From Verrucomicrobiia bacterium (GTDB lineage Bacteria > Verrucomicrobiota > Verrucomicrobiia > Palsa-1439): DNA of 60,006 bases. Below are positions 18,754-28,111 of the stretch, piece after piece. Made by a program: the position numbers and the translations under genes. Below the pieces are notes generated by a model, which was not told where the DNA came from, did no database searches, and saw nothing but the letters and a program-made list of their open reading frames with translations. Position 1 is the stretch's first letter; each line of letters starts with the position of its first letter. The stretch spans positions 1 to 60,006 of the forward strand of contig JBEKYJ010000003.1 of assembly GCA_049511095.1 (NCBI GenBank), given 5' to 3'.

Positions 18754-19847
18754 TCATGCCCGACCGCGCACAATTGGAAACATTTACCGCCGGCACCGAA
18801 ACCGCCGTCGACGTGGCGCAGATCGAGCGCCAGCTCCACGAGTTGTGGCAACTGGCCGCGGAATCGGAGAAGGACCCGTCGCAACGTCAGATCACCCGCG
18901 ACTGCCTCTTCAACTTCATCGTCCTCTGTGAAACCGACGCGGGGGCCGCGCACGCCGGCGAGGTGATCAGCTCGCTCACGAGTCATCATCCGTGCCGGGC
19001 GATTGTGCTGTCGGCCGGGTTGGACTCCGCCCCAGCGGAACTGTCCGCCTCCATTTCCGCCCATTGTCACCTCGCCGGCACGGGACAAAAACAGGTTTGT
19101 TGCGAGCAGATCGCGATTCGTGCCGCCGGCCAAAGTGTGGCGCACCTCGGCTCAGCCGTACTTCCGCTGCTGGAGTCCGACCTGCCGACGATCGTCTGGT
19201 GGCAGGGCAACTTTCTGGAAAGAATCGATCTCTTTCGTCGATTGGTGGCGGCGGCGGACCGGGTCATTTACGACACGTCAGCCTGGACCCAAGCGCCATC
19301 GCAGCTCGCCGGTCTGGCCCGCGTCATCACCGAATATCCGCGCTGCAGTTTTGCCGACTTGAGCTGGACGCGGTCGGGCTTGTGGCGGCGACTCGCGGCG
19401 GAGTTTTTCGACGAGCCGCAGTGCCGCGCCGAACTCAAGCGCATCCGTACAGTGGACATCCTTCATGGCGGCGGGCCGGGGGCCGTCGTGCGCGCGTTGC
19501 TGTACGGTTCGTGGTTCGCCGCCCAACTCCACTGGCCTGTCCCCGAGGCGAAAACGAGGATTCATCTTTCCCGGCGCGATGATCCCGAAGCCGCGTCGGT
19601 GGGCATTTTGTCGGTCGCCATCAAGACCGACCGTGCCACGTTTTCGATTCGCAGCAACCGCGGTGAGAACACGGCGAGCGCGACCGTCGAGATGCCCCAT
19701 GCCTGTGGTCTGCCGCGTAAACGCGCGTTCTGGCGGTCGGATGATGCCTCCCTGCTGTCACAGGAACTCGACCATTCCGTACGGGATGCTGTCTATGAGA
19801 AGTCGCTGGCGATGACGGTCGCGTTGCTTGAGGAAAGCTCGCGCTGA
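18738..19847 (+). CDS. opcA: OpcA-like glucose-6-phosphate dehydrogenase assembly protein
   Basis: Immediately follows and overlaps zwf. The N-terminal VDVAQIERQLHELW and the NFIVLCE pattern are typical of OpcA. Alternative start ATG 18756 sits behind GGAG. Confidence 0.75.
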   Translation: METPVIMPDRAQLETFTAGTETAVDVAQIERQLHELWQLAAESEKDPSQRQITRDCLFNFIVLCETDAGAAHAGEVISSLTSHHPCRAIVLSAGLDSAPAELSASISAHCHLAGTGQKQVCCEQIAIRAAGQSVAHLGSAVLPLLESDLPTIVWWQGNFLERIDLFRRLVAAADRVIYDTSAWTQAPSQLAGLARVITEYPRCSFADLSWTRSGLWRRLAAEFFDEPQCRAELKRIRTVDILHGGGPGAVVRALLYGSWFAAQLHWPVPEAKTRIHLSRRDDPEAASVGILSVAIKTDRATFSIRSNRGENTASATVEMPHACGLPRKRAFWRSDDASLLSQELDHSVRDAVYEKSLAMTVALLEESSR

Positions 19848-19944
19848 GGCGCAAGAAGAACGCGGCGCTGTTTTTTCGATTGCCACTCCTTGGAAGGCGC
19901 GCTACACATGGTGGCGGGGAACTTCGCAACAAAAGGAGGAGGTA

Positions 19945-20673
19945 ATGAAACGGTCGTTTCTTGTTTGGGCCCTGTTTCTGGGCGCTTGGGTTGGTCAACC
20001 CGCCATTTCGCATGGGCTGGCTCCGTCACCAGTCGGCACATGGGAAGTCTCCATTCTCGGCTTCGATACGGGTACGTCGATCATGACATTCTCCAATGAC
20101 TTCACGGTCACCGGCTGCGGCATCATGCGGCATCAATTCGGATTCTTCACGCTCGCAGGCAACTGGAGCCTTGACGCCCATGGCGGCGTGATTGTCTCCT
20201 ACCTTCTGTCAACCAACGGTGTCGGCAGCGGCGGCGCCAGTTTCACCGCCCGCCTCTTACACTCAGGGAGGTTCCGCGGGAGCGGACACGACGATAACGG
20301 CAAACTGCTTCACTTCAAGGGCGAACAGCCGTCGAATCTTCCGGACCTGACCGGTTCATGGACGGCGGTCGTCAAACGTCGCGGCAAGACCCTCCTTGAA
20401 ACCTACGACATTACTGCATCGACCAATTTCCCGGCGGTCTTCGACGTCACTGGAAATGGGTCGAGCGAGACAGCAGGCTCGTACACTCTCACGGGCACCA
20501 TCATCGCCACGCCAAACAACAAGCTTAATGCGTCCATCGACCGCACATTCGGTGCCGAAACCCAGCACAGTTCGCTCGCCGGGAGAGTCAAGCACAAGGA
20601 TTCCGACATGCGACTGAAGGGTCGCGACGACACGAACGTGCATCTGTCGATCAAAGCGGTGAACGGTTCCTGA
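19945..20673 (+). CDS. secreted hypothetical protein with an internal two-fold repeat
   Basis: Strong SD AGGAGG before ATG 19945. Signal peptide MKRSFLVWALFLGAWVGQPAISHG. Two similar halves (GTWEVS...FTVTG... / GSWTAV...FDVTG...). Confidence 0.65.
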   Translation: MKRSFLVWALFLGAWVGQPAISHGLAPSPVGTWEVSILGFDTGTSIMTFSNDFTVTGCGIMRHQFGFFTLAGNWSLDAHGGVIVSYLLSTNGVGSGGASFTARLLHSGRFRGSGHDDNGKLLHFKGEQPSNLPDLTGSWTAVVKRRGKTLLETYDITASTNFPAVFDVTGNGSSETAGSYTLTGTIIATPNNKLNASIDRTFGAETQHSSLAGRVKHKDSDMRLKGRDDTNVHLSIKAVNGS

Positions 20674-20739
20674 CGGCGCCGGGGTTTCCGGGATTGACCG
20701 TTTTGGAAGCTTTCACCTAGAGTGGCGCCCGACCGCGCC

Positions 20740-22011
20740 ATGAACATCCTTGTCATCGGAAACGGCGGGCGCGAACACGCGCTTGTCTGGAAGATCGCCC
20801 AAAGCCAGCGCGTCCGAAAGCTCTTCTGCGCTCCGGGCAACGCCGGCATCGCCGAGTTGGCGGAATGCGCGCCGATCCCGGCCACGGACATCGACAAGCT
20901 CGCGGCGTTCGCTTCCGAGCAGAAGATCGATCTTACCATCGTCGGCCCCGAAACGCCCTTGTGCGCCGGCATCGTCGACGTGTTCAATGCCCAGGGGCTG
21001 CGTATTTTCGGCCCCAATAAACGCGCCGCCCGATTGGAAGGCAGCAAGGTTTTCGCGAAAGAGATCCTGCTGAAATACAATGTGCCGACGGCGTCTGCGG
21101 CCATTTTCAACAACGCGGGTGATGCCCGGGCCCACCTTCGAAAGGTCGGCGCGCCGATTGTGGTGAAAGCCGACGGGCTCGCGGCCGGCAAAGGCGTGAT
21201 TGTCGCGTCGTCCGTCGAAGAGGCCGAGCAGGCCGTCGCCGAAATCATGGAGCGAAAGGTCTTCGGCGCCGCGGGCGCGCAAGTGGTCATCGAGGAATGC
21301 CTGTGCGGCGAAGAACTGTCCGTCATGGCGCTCGTAGATGGCCAGTCCTTCCAGATGCTGGCGTCCGCGCAGGACCACAAGCGCGCACTCGATGGCGACC
21401 GCGGTCCGAACACGGGCGGCATGGGCGCGTATTCGCCGACGCCGTTGCTGGACGAGAAGCTCCACGAGCAGGTGGCCGGGATCTTCCGGCAGACGCTGGC
21501 CGGGTTGCGGGCGGAAGGCATCCAGTACCGCGGCGTGCTCTACGCCGGCTTGATGATCACCCCACGCGGTCCACAGGTGCTGGAGTTCAATTGCCGTTTT
21601 GGCGATCCCGAAACCCAGGCTGTGCTGCCGCGGATGGATTTCGATTTGGTGGAGGCAGCGGAAGCCACCCTCAACGGCTCGCTCGACCGCCTGGCGTTGA
21701 AATGGAAGAGCGAGGCGGCGGTCTGTGTGGTCATCGCGGCCGGCGGGTACCCGGGCCGATACCAACCCGGCCAGCCGATTGCAGGGTTGAAAGAGGCCGC
21801 CAAGTTGGGTAAGGTTTGCGTGTTTCATGCGGGCACGCGGCGGAACGCCGGCGGTCAAATCGTCACGGATGGCGGACGGGTCCTGGGTGTTACCGCGCTC
21901 GGTGAGAATATTGAGAAGGCGGCGCGGCGCGCCTACGAAGCTGTCCAGCAGATTCATTTTGACGGCGCCCACTTTCGCCGCGATATTGCCGCCCGTGCGA
22001 TACAGAAGTGA
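20740..22011 (+). CDS. purD: phosphoribosylamine--glycine ligase
   Basis: MNILVIGNGGREHALVWKIAQS, full-length PurD ATP-grasp. Confidence 0.95.
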   Translation: MNILVIGNGGREHALVWKIAQSQRVRKLFCAPGNAGIAELAECAPIPATDIDKLAAFASEQKIDLTIVGPETPLCAGIVDVFNAQGLRIFGPNKRAARLEGSKVFAKEILLKYNVPTASAAIFNNAGDARAHLRKVGAPIVVKADGLAAGKGVIVASSVEEAEQAVAEIMERKVFGAAGAQVVIEECLCGEELSVMALVDGQSFQMLASAQDHKRALDGDRGPNTGGMGAYSPTPLLDEKLHEQVAGIFRQTLAGLRAEGIQYRGVLYAGLMITPRGPQVLEFNCRFGDPETQAVLPRMDFDLVEAAEATLNGSLDRLALKWKSEAAVCVVIAAGGYPGRYQPGQPIAGLKEAAKLGKVCVFHAGTRRNAGGQIVTDGGRVLGVTALGENIEKAARRAYEAVQQIHFDGAHFRRDIAARAIQK

Positions 22012-22060
22012 AACTGGCGGAAGGACCCGCGGGAACAGAAATTTGATTTTGCGAGGTACG

Positions 22061-23188
22061 ATGAAAACAGTGGCCGTAACAATCAGCGCCGCGCTTGCGC
22101 TCCTGCTGGCGGGGGCAACGTCGTTTTGCCGTGCCGCCAACGTCGATCCGTCTTTGCGACAGACGATGGAGATCATCAGCGTTCTCAAATCGAATTACGT
22201 CGACCACGACAAACTCGACGAGAAACTGCTGAACGAAGCGACCGTAACCGGTATCCTGGGGGCGCTGGGCCGCGGGGCCGTGATCCTCGCGCCGGAGACG
22301 CCATCAACCAACGGCACCAAAGCCGTTGACAGCGAGCTGAAACCGGCGGGTCCCCTCGCCCGCGCAGAGGTCATCGATCCCCATATCGGCTACATCCGTC
22401 TGGCCGATGTGACGGAGGGGACCCCGGCCGCGCTCGATGCGGAACTGAAAGGATTCGCCGACGCAAAAGTGGCGGGCTACGTGCTTGACCTTCGTTTTGC
22501 CGATGGCACGAACTTTGCCGCCGCCGCCGCGGTGGCGGGTCGATTCCTGGACGACGGACAGGAAGTGTTCACGCTGAAGAGTTCGGATAAGGGCGCGCAG
22601 GTCTTTCGGGCGGGTTCGGACATCAAGTCCGCGTCGTCCAACGGGTCCGACCTGGCTTCCGCGCCACTGATGCTGCTGGTAAACGCGGAAACGCGAGGGA
22701 GCGCCGAGGCCCTAGCCGGTGCGTTGCGCGCGCAGGACCGTGGCATCATTATCGGTTCGCAAACCGCAGGCTCGGCGGCGGCCTGGGAAGATGTGAAATT
22801 GAGCGATGGCCGCACGTTGCGCATCGCCACGGCCAAGATCGTGTTGCCCCACCTCACTGGCGCGGGGCCGCAAATCGACATTTTTCCCAATGGAATTACG
22901 CCGGACGTGGCCGTCAAGATTGAAGTCCAGACGGAACGCGCGGTGGTGCTCGCGCAAACCAACGAGACGTTGACGGCGAGCCTGCAGTTGCGCGTGAACA
23001 AGAACAATTTGACGGAGGCGCAGTTGGTCAAGGCGTTCCGGGGAGAGGCCGTCAGTCGCTTTGACAAGCCATCGCCCGTCGACAAGGCGCACGAAGAGGA
23101 AGACGATATCCAAAACGTGCGCGACGTGGTGCTGCAACGGGCGGTGGATATTCTGAAGGGGATCCGCGTGCTGTTGTCCTGGCAATGA
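22061..23188 (+). CDS. S41 (C-terminal processing peptidase)-like secreted protein, possibly non-catalytic
   Basis: Signal peptide from ATG 22061. S41-like core GYVLDLRF...[33 protein letters not shown]. The usual TFGKG lysine position reads TAGSA. Confidence 0.65.
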   Translation: MKTVAVTISAALALLLAGATSFCRAANVDPSLRQTMEIISVLKSNYVDHDKLDEKLLNEATVTGILGALGRGAVILAPETPSTNGTKAVDSELKPAGPLARAEVIDPHIGYIRLADVTEGTPAALDAELKGFADAKVAGYVLDLRFADGTNFAAAAAVAGRFLDDGQEVFTLKSSDKGAQVFRAGSDIKSASSNGSDLASAPLMLLVNAETRGSAEALAGALRAQDRGIIIGSQTAGSAAAWEDVKLSDGRTLRIATAKIVLPHLTGAGPQIDIFPNGITPDVAVKIEVQTERAVVLAQTNETLTASLQLRVNKNNLTEAQLVKAFRGEAVSRFDKPSPVDKAHEEEDDIQNVRDVVLQRAVDILKGIRVLLSWQ

Positions 23189-23237
23189 GGCGCGGACGCG
23201 GCGCGATCCTCCCGTCGTCCGGACGCAAAAGGATTCG

Positions 23238-25460
23238 ATGAAGAAGATTCTGTTCATCTGCACAGGCAATGTTTGTCGCAGCCCGATGGCGGAGGGCCTG
23301 CTCCGGCACATGCTGCGCGGTCGCAACGACGTTCAGGTGGCCTCCGCGGGCCTCGCCGCGCTTGACAGCCTGCGGGCCACGGATGCCGCCATCAACGTCA
23401 TGGCCGAACTTGGCATGGACATTTCCTCGCACGTCAGCCAATCGTTGAACAGCGATCTGGCGCGGCAGGCGGATTTTATTTTTGTGATGACCCACCAGCA
23501 TCAGGACACGCTCCAGACGCTTATTCCGTCCGCCGCTGAGAAGACGTTTCTCGTGCGCGAGTTCGAGGAGTCCCGCGCCGGCGAGAACAAAGACATCGCC
23601 GATCCGATTGGCCAGTCCATCGATGTGTACCGCCGTACGCGCGACCAGATTCGCGACGCGTTGCCGAGCCTGATCGTGTTCATGGACCAGACCACGGCCG
23701 CGGCACGCAGGGTGACCCGGGAAGTCACGGCGCCGGCCACGAATGAAGAAGCCCGGCCGTTGCGCATCGCGCTGGCGGGCGATCACGGCGGCGTCGAGAT
23801 CAAGGCAGCGTTGAAGGATTGGCTGGCACAGCACGGTTATCCATTCTCCGATTTTGGCACACACACGACCGAGCCGGTGGATTACCCTGAGTACGCGTTT
23901 ATCGTCGCGCGAGAGTTGCTGGCCGGAAATTTTGACCGCGGGGTGCTGGTCTGCAAGAGCGGCATCGGCATGACCATTGCCGCCAACCGGTTTCCCGGCG
24001 TGCGCGCCGCCATGGTCAGTAACGAACAGTGGGCCCGCCTCAGCCGCGAGCACAACAACGCCAACGTCCTTGTGTTATCGGGCATCGAACTCAACGGGGA
24101 ACAAGCCAAGCAACTTTTGGACGTCTGGTTGCACACGGACTTCGGTGGCGGTCGCCACGCTCGCCGCGTCGACGAAATGGACCATCCACCTGTCATGAAC
24201 GTCACCTCGACACCCTCAAAAAAGACATCGGCGCTGGCAGTGGCTGACCCCGAGATTTTCAGCGCCGTCCAGCGTGAGAAGCAACGCCAGCAGGAAAACA
24301 TCGAGTTGATCGCCAGCGAAAATTTTGTCTCGCCCGCGATTCTCGAAGCGGCGGGCTCGGTGCTCACGAACAAGTACGCTGAAGGCTACCCCGGTAAGCG
24401 TTATTACGGCGGCTGTGAATACGTGGATATCGCCGAACAACTCGCGATCGACCGCGCCAAACAGCTTTTCGGCGCCGAACACGTGAACGTCCAGCCGCAT
24501 TCCGGTTCGCAGGCCAACATGGCGGTGTACTTCGCCACCATCCAGCATGGAGACACGATCTTGACAATGGAGCTGGCCCACGGCGGCCATCTCACCCACG
24601 GCTCGCCGCGCAATTTCTCGGGCCGCTTCTACAAGGTCGTGCACTACGGTGTGCGCCAGGACACCGAAAGGATCGACTACGATCAACTGGCCAAGCTCGC
24701 GCAGGATTGCCGCCCGAAGATGATCACCGCCGGCGCCAGCGCGTATCCGCGGATCATCGACTTTCAGAAGATGCGCGAGATTGCCGACAGCGTCGGCGCG
24801 CTGCTCTTTGTCGATATGGCGCACATCGCGGGCCTAGTTGCCGCCGGCATTCATCCCAGCCCCGTACCCTTGGCCGATTTCGTCACCACGACCACGCACA
24901 AAACGCTGCGCGGCCCGCGCGCCGGTTTGATTCTCTGCAAAGCGAAATACGCCAAGGACATCGACAGTTGGGTGCTGCCGGGTATTCAAGGCGGGCCGCT
25001 CATGCACATCATTGCCGCGAAAGCGGTCTGTTTCCTCGAAGCGATGAAGCCCGATTTCAAGGACTATCAACGACAGATCGTGAAAAACGCCAAGGCACTC
25101 GCCACCGCGTTGGCAGCGCACGGTTTCCGCATCGTCAGCGGCGGGACGGACAATCATTTGATGCTCGTCGATCTCCGCCCGAAGAAACTCACCGGCAAGA
25201 TTGCCCAGGAATCGCTCGACCGCGCCGGCATCACGACGAACAAGAATCTTATCCCGTACGATCCCGAGAAGCCGCTTGTCACCAGCGGCATCCGCCTCGG
25301 CACGCCTGCTGTCACCACCCGCGGCATGAAAGAAGCCGAGATGGACCAGGTCGCCGCGCTCATCACCGAAGTGCTGGCGAAGCCAGACGATACAGCCCTG
25401 CAAGCCAGCGTAAAGCAAAAGGTGCGCGCCCTGACCGCGAAATTCCCACTGTCGTATTAG
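23238..25460 (+). CDS. glyA: tri-domain fusion: LMW protein phosphatase (aa 1-150) + ribose-5-phosphate isomerase B (aa ~174-314) + serine hydroxymethyltransferase (aa ~330-740)
   Basis: Phosphatase motifs: CTGNVCRS P-loop and DIADPIG. RpiB motifs: [11 protein letters not shown] and [20 protein letters not shown] motifs: [34 protein letters not shown]. One continuous frame, ending in TAG. Confidence 0.9.
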   Translation: MKKILFICTGNVCRSPMAEGLLRHMLRGRNDVQVASAGLAALDSLRATDAAINVMAELGMDISSHVSQSLNSDLARQADFIFVMTHQHQDTLQTLIPSAAEKTFLVREFEESRAGENKDIADPIGQSIDVYRRTRDQIRDALPSLIVFMDQTTAAARRVTREVTAPATNEEARPLRIALAGDHGGVEIKAALKDWLAQHGYPFSDFGTHTTEPVDYPEYAFIVARELLAGNFDRGVLVCKSGIGMTIAANRFPGVRAAMVSNEQWARLSREHNNANVLVLSGIELNGEQAKQLLDVWLHTDFGGGRHARRVDEMDHPPVMNVTSTPSKKTSALAVADPEIFSAVQREKQRQQENIELIASENFVSPAILEAAGSVLTNKYAEGYPGKRYYGGCEYVDIAEQLAIDRAKQLFGAEHVNVQPHSGSQANMAVYFATIQHGDTILTMELAHGGHLTHGSPRNFSGRFYKVVHYGVRQDTERIDYDQLAKLAQDCRPKMITAGASAYPRIIDFQKMREIADSVGALLFVDMAHIAGLVAAGIHPSPVPLADFVTTTTHKTLRGPRAGLILCKAKYAKDIDSWVLPGIQGGPLMHIIAAKAVCFLEAMKPDFKDYQRQIVKNAKALATALAAHGFRIVSGGTDNHLMLVDLRPKKLTGKIAQESLDRAGITTNKNLIPYDPEKPLVTSGIRLGTPAVTTRGMKEAEMDQVAALITEVLAKPDDTALQASVKQKVRALTAKFPLSY

Positions 25461-25514
25461 GGTAAGTTCGAATCTCGAAGTTCGAAACAAGTCCGAATTC
25501 CCCAATCGGCAATC
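25350..25514 (+). repeat. direct repeat copy A: last 37 codons of glyA plus a TTCGAA-rich tail
   Basis: Aligns with 27733-27909 at roughly 85-90 percent identity by eye. Ends exactly at the stop codon of the convergent 25515-27581 gene. Confidence 0.9.
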
Positions 25515-27581
25515 TCACGCGCCGGCAGCTACCGTCTTTCGTGGTGGCAGAAACAGGACGACGTAAGACAGCGCGTAAAGCACCAAGGCAACCAACCAGA
25601 GCTCCCGGAAGCCGATGACGAGCGAACTGTACTCGATCAACCCTCCGATGACCGCGCCGAGCAAGTTCGAAGCAAAAGCCAGATCAACGTTCGGCGTGTG
25701 CTTGTATGAGCGCGCAAAGATGAAAGCGGCAAAAAAGATGGGCGAGGCCATCAGCATCATGGAAACAAGGAGGCGCACGATTAATCCTGTGCGTAACAGT
25801 ATGTGGATGGGGAACACAAAGTTAATCATGACAGCGGCAGCCAACAACCCGTAGAGCAGGTGGAGATTGAATGACTGAATACGGTTCATCCACAGATTGG
25901 CGAGCAACACGACGATCAAGATCGCGCTGAAGACGATCGAGTTGACCACCCAGGTCGAGCCGAACAGCATCGCGAAGCGTGTCACACTGACGGTTTCGAT
26001 GAGCAGGAAAGCAACGCCGAGGAAAAAGAAGTGCCCATTGACCGTTTGCATTTTGCCCTGCGACGCGAAAACGACGCACACCAGCGTGATGAGCGCCATG
26101 GCTTCAAGAGCCAGACGATACTCCGGCGGCACCTTGCGTCCTGCCAGATAGAAAAAAGGCCAGTCGTCCGTGGCCGGATTGACCATCGGAATGTCTGTGG
26201 TTTGCACGTTGTGGATGTATTTCTTTACACCCGGTCCGGCAAAAAAGCTGGGCGATCCCATTGGATCCGGGTCCTTCACGTACGGCTTCTCACCAAAAGC
26301 CTGGGTCAACATATGGAACATTCGGCGATTGAGATACATATTCCCCAGGGTGTGCTTGACGACAACGATGCCATCGTCCTTCAGAAGACTTCGAGCTTCC
26401 TGAAAACTTTCGACGGTGTAGAGAAAAGAATCGAGCCGCACTGACGACATGCCGGAGAAGAGCCGATGAGCATCGAGGAACCCGAAGATGATCATGTCGT
26501 ATTGGGAGTGGGTTTTGTTGAAGAACGAACGCGCATCATCGATGAACACATGCACGCGGGGATCGCTGTACGGTTGTTCGGCATGAGCGACCCGCCCCAA
26601 ATTGAGAATTCCGGGGTCGATCTCCACGGCGTCGACGTGACGCACGCCGTAGCGCAAGGCCGCGGCGACATCATTGCCCGTGCCGGTGCCAATGATCAAG
26701 ACATCGTTGTAGGGGAAGTCGGGGACGCTGAAAGGCGTGACGTAGAAGGTCACGATCTTGGTTATATTGGTGTGATCCTGTTGCACCCGGGGAGACAGAT
26801 CGATCGCTTGCTGGTAAAAGTCGCCGCTCAATTCCACGCGGAACCCCGGCGTGTTACGGAGGGCGGGCAGTTCCACCGGGCGAACCATTTCGTCTCGGGC
26901 CTGTAAGTCCCCGTTCCCGTTCCACTCGAGCGGATACACACCCAGCGTGTGGTACGGCGTCCAGAAATACATTTCTCCCGCCAACCAGACCACGAGCACG
27001 GTTGTCACAGCGATCAATGCGTTCAAGGCAAGCCAACTTTTATCGATGCGGACAAACCACAACAGACCCAGCATCACGATGCCGAACCACCACCAAGGAC
27101 CCGCGTTGAGAAACGACACGAGCGTGAATGCCAACACTCCGAGCAGGCTGCCCAAAATGTTGATCACATAACCTCGGAGTGGCGGGGATACCGCTTTGAG
27201 GCCTGCTCCAATTTGCTGCCCAAAAGGCACAAAGACCATGGCAACGAGAACGAAAAGAAGGCTCAAGCTCTCGGTCAGCGACAAAAACCACAGGACGTGA
27301 CGCTTGTACTCGGCATAATACACGTCATCGGGAATCGGGCCGGTCATACCGAATTGATTGAACATGATGCCGACAGCCACGAAGCCCAGTAGCGCCAAGG
27401 GTTGCCAGGCAAGCCAGCGTCGTCCTCGTCCCGTCAGCATCGCACCCAGTCCCAAGCCCAGGAATGCGCCGATCAGTATGAAATTCGTGAAATAGGCCAA
27501 CACGCGCTCGTAGGCGGGCACCCAACGGATCAACGCCAGCTCCACGAACAGCGCGAGAAAACTAGCGACGAATAGATCCAT
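25515..27581 (-). CDS. membrane-embedded spermidine-synthase-like protein (SAM-MTase fold flanked by multi-TM regions)
   Basis: VLIIGTGTGNDVAAALRYGVRHVDAVEIDPGILNLG...IFGFLDAH core, with many TM helices on both sides. Start ATG 27581 (MDLFVASFLALFVELALIRW) preferred. The ORF is open up to 27722. Confidence 0.8.
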   Translation of the reverse strand: MDLFVASFLALFVELALIRWVPAYERVLAYFTNFILIGAFLGLGLGAMLTGRGRRWLAWQPLALLGFVAVGIMFNQFGMTGPIPDDVYYAEYKRHVLWFLSLTESLSLLFVLVAMVFVPFGQQIGAGLKAVSPPLRGYVINILGSLLGVLAFTLVSFLNAGPWWWFGIVMLGLLWFVRIDKSWLALNALIAVTTVLVVWLAGEMYFWTPYHTLGVYPLEWNGNGDLQARDEMVRPVELPALRNTPGFRVELSGDFYQQAIDLSPRVQQDHTNITKIVTFYVTPFSVPDFPYNDVLIIGTGTGNDVAAALRYGVRHVDAVEIDPGILNLGRVAHAEQPYSDPRVHVFIDDARSFFNKTHSQYDMIIFGFLDAHRLFSGMSSVRLDSFLYTVESFQEARSLLKDDGIVVVKHTLGNMYLNRRMFHMLTQAFGEKPYVKDPDPMGSPSFFAGPGVKKYIHNVQTTDIPMVNPATDDWPFFYLAGRKVPPEYRLALEAMALITLVCVVFASQGKMQTVNGHFFFLGVAFLLIETVSVTRFAMLFGSTWVVNSIVFSAILIVVLLANLWMNRIQSFNLHLLYGLLAAAVMINFVFPIHILLRTGLIVRLLVSMMLMASPIFFAAFIFARSYKHTPNVDLAFASNLLGAVIGGLIEYSSLVIGFRELWLVALVLYALSYVVLFLPPRKTVAAGA

Positions 27582-27732
27582 TTGCACCGAGCCAGAGGAT
27601 GCGTCGGAGACGGGCCGCGGCGACGGCTCGGCGTGCGGTGTTACAGGCAAGTGTGACGTATCAGCTGACACGAATTGGGTATTTCTACCCGAACTGTGGC
27701 GAATCCGCAACACACCTTGCATCCCACGCGCA

Positions 27733-27909
27733 GATCGCCGCGCTTATCACGGAAGTGCTGGCGAAACCCGACGATGCAGCTCTGCAAGCCAGCGTGAAAC
27801 AGAAGGTGCGCGCCCTGACCGCGAAGTTTCCGTTGCCGTACTAGTAGGGATAAGTTCGAATCTCGAATTTCGAAACTCGAAACAAGTTCGAATTCTTCAA
27901 TCGGCAATC
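27733..27909 (+). repeat. direct repeat copy B: orphan relic of a glyA 3-prime end plus a TTCGAA-rich tail
   Basis: Encodes [39 protein letters not shown] with no upstream SHMT body. Differs from copy A mostly at synonymous positions. Confidence 0.9.
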
Positions 27910-28111
27910 AGGGCTTGTCGAGCAATCACATTTCTCGCTACACTCGGTCGCGATGCAGGCGAGCGCATACCAAGTCTGCGGCGGCTGTACCCAGAAGACC
28001 CTTGCGATAGCTTCCACCCGAAGACGATCTCAATTGGACCATGACCCCCGGCACCGGCGACTACGAGATCATCATCGACCGCAACAATTTTATCGATGAA
28101 AGGTTTGGAAT

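Noticed and set aside
20403-22188. Long ORFs antisense to purD (372 and 491 aa). Similar shadow ORFs lie opposite other genes: 6183-7358, 16696-17583, 23052-24053, 32056-32982, 33062-34570, 38126-39682, 43524-44489, 45525-46871, 49433-50560, 51076-52203 and 54511-55938.
   Set aside because: In GC-rich DNA the antisense frames of real genes stay open by chance. Their products are Arg/Ala/Gly/Pro-rich with no recognisable motifs. Every one overlaps a gene with strong family signatures on the other strand.
25465-25500. A GTTCGAATC-like sequence after glyA, and again at 27850-27895, resembles a tRNA T-arm and suggested a tRNA gene or att site.
   Set aside because: No acceptor, D or anticodon arms can be drawn around it. 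The region is only a cluster of TTCGAA palindromes.
27599-27844. An 81-aa ORF ending with an SHMT-like C-terminus, considered as a real small gene.
   Set aside because: Only the last ~37 residues are SHMT-like. The upstream part is antisense to or within the leader of the 25515-27581 gene and is Arg-rich. It is best explained as a relic (see the direct-repeat finding).
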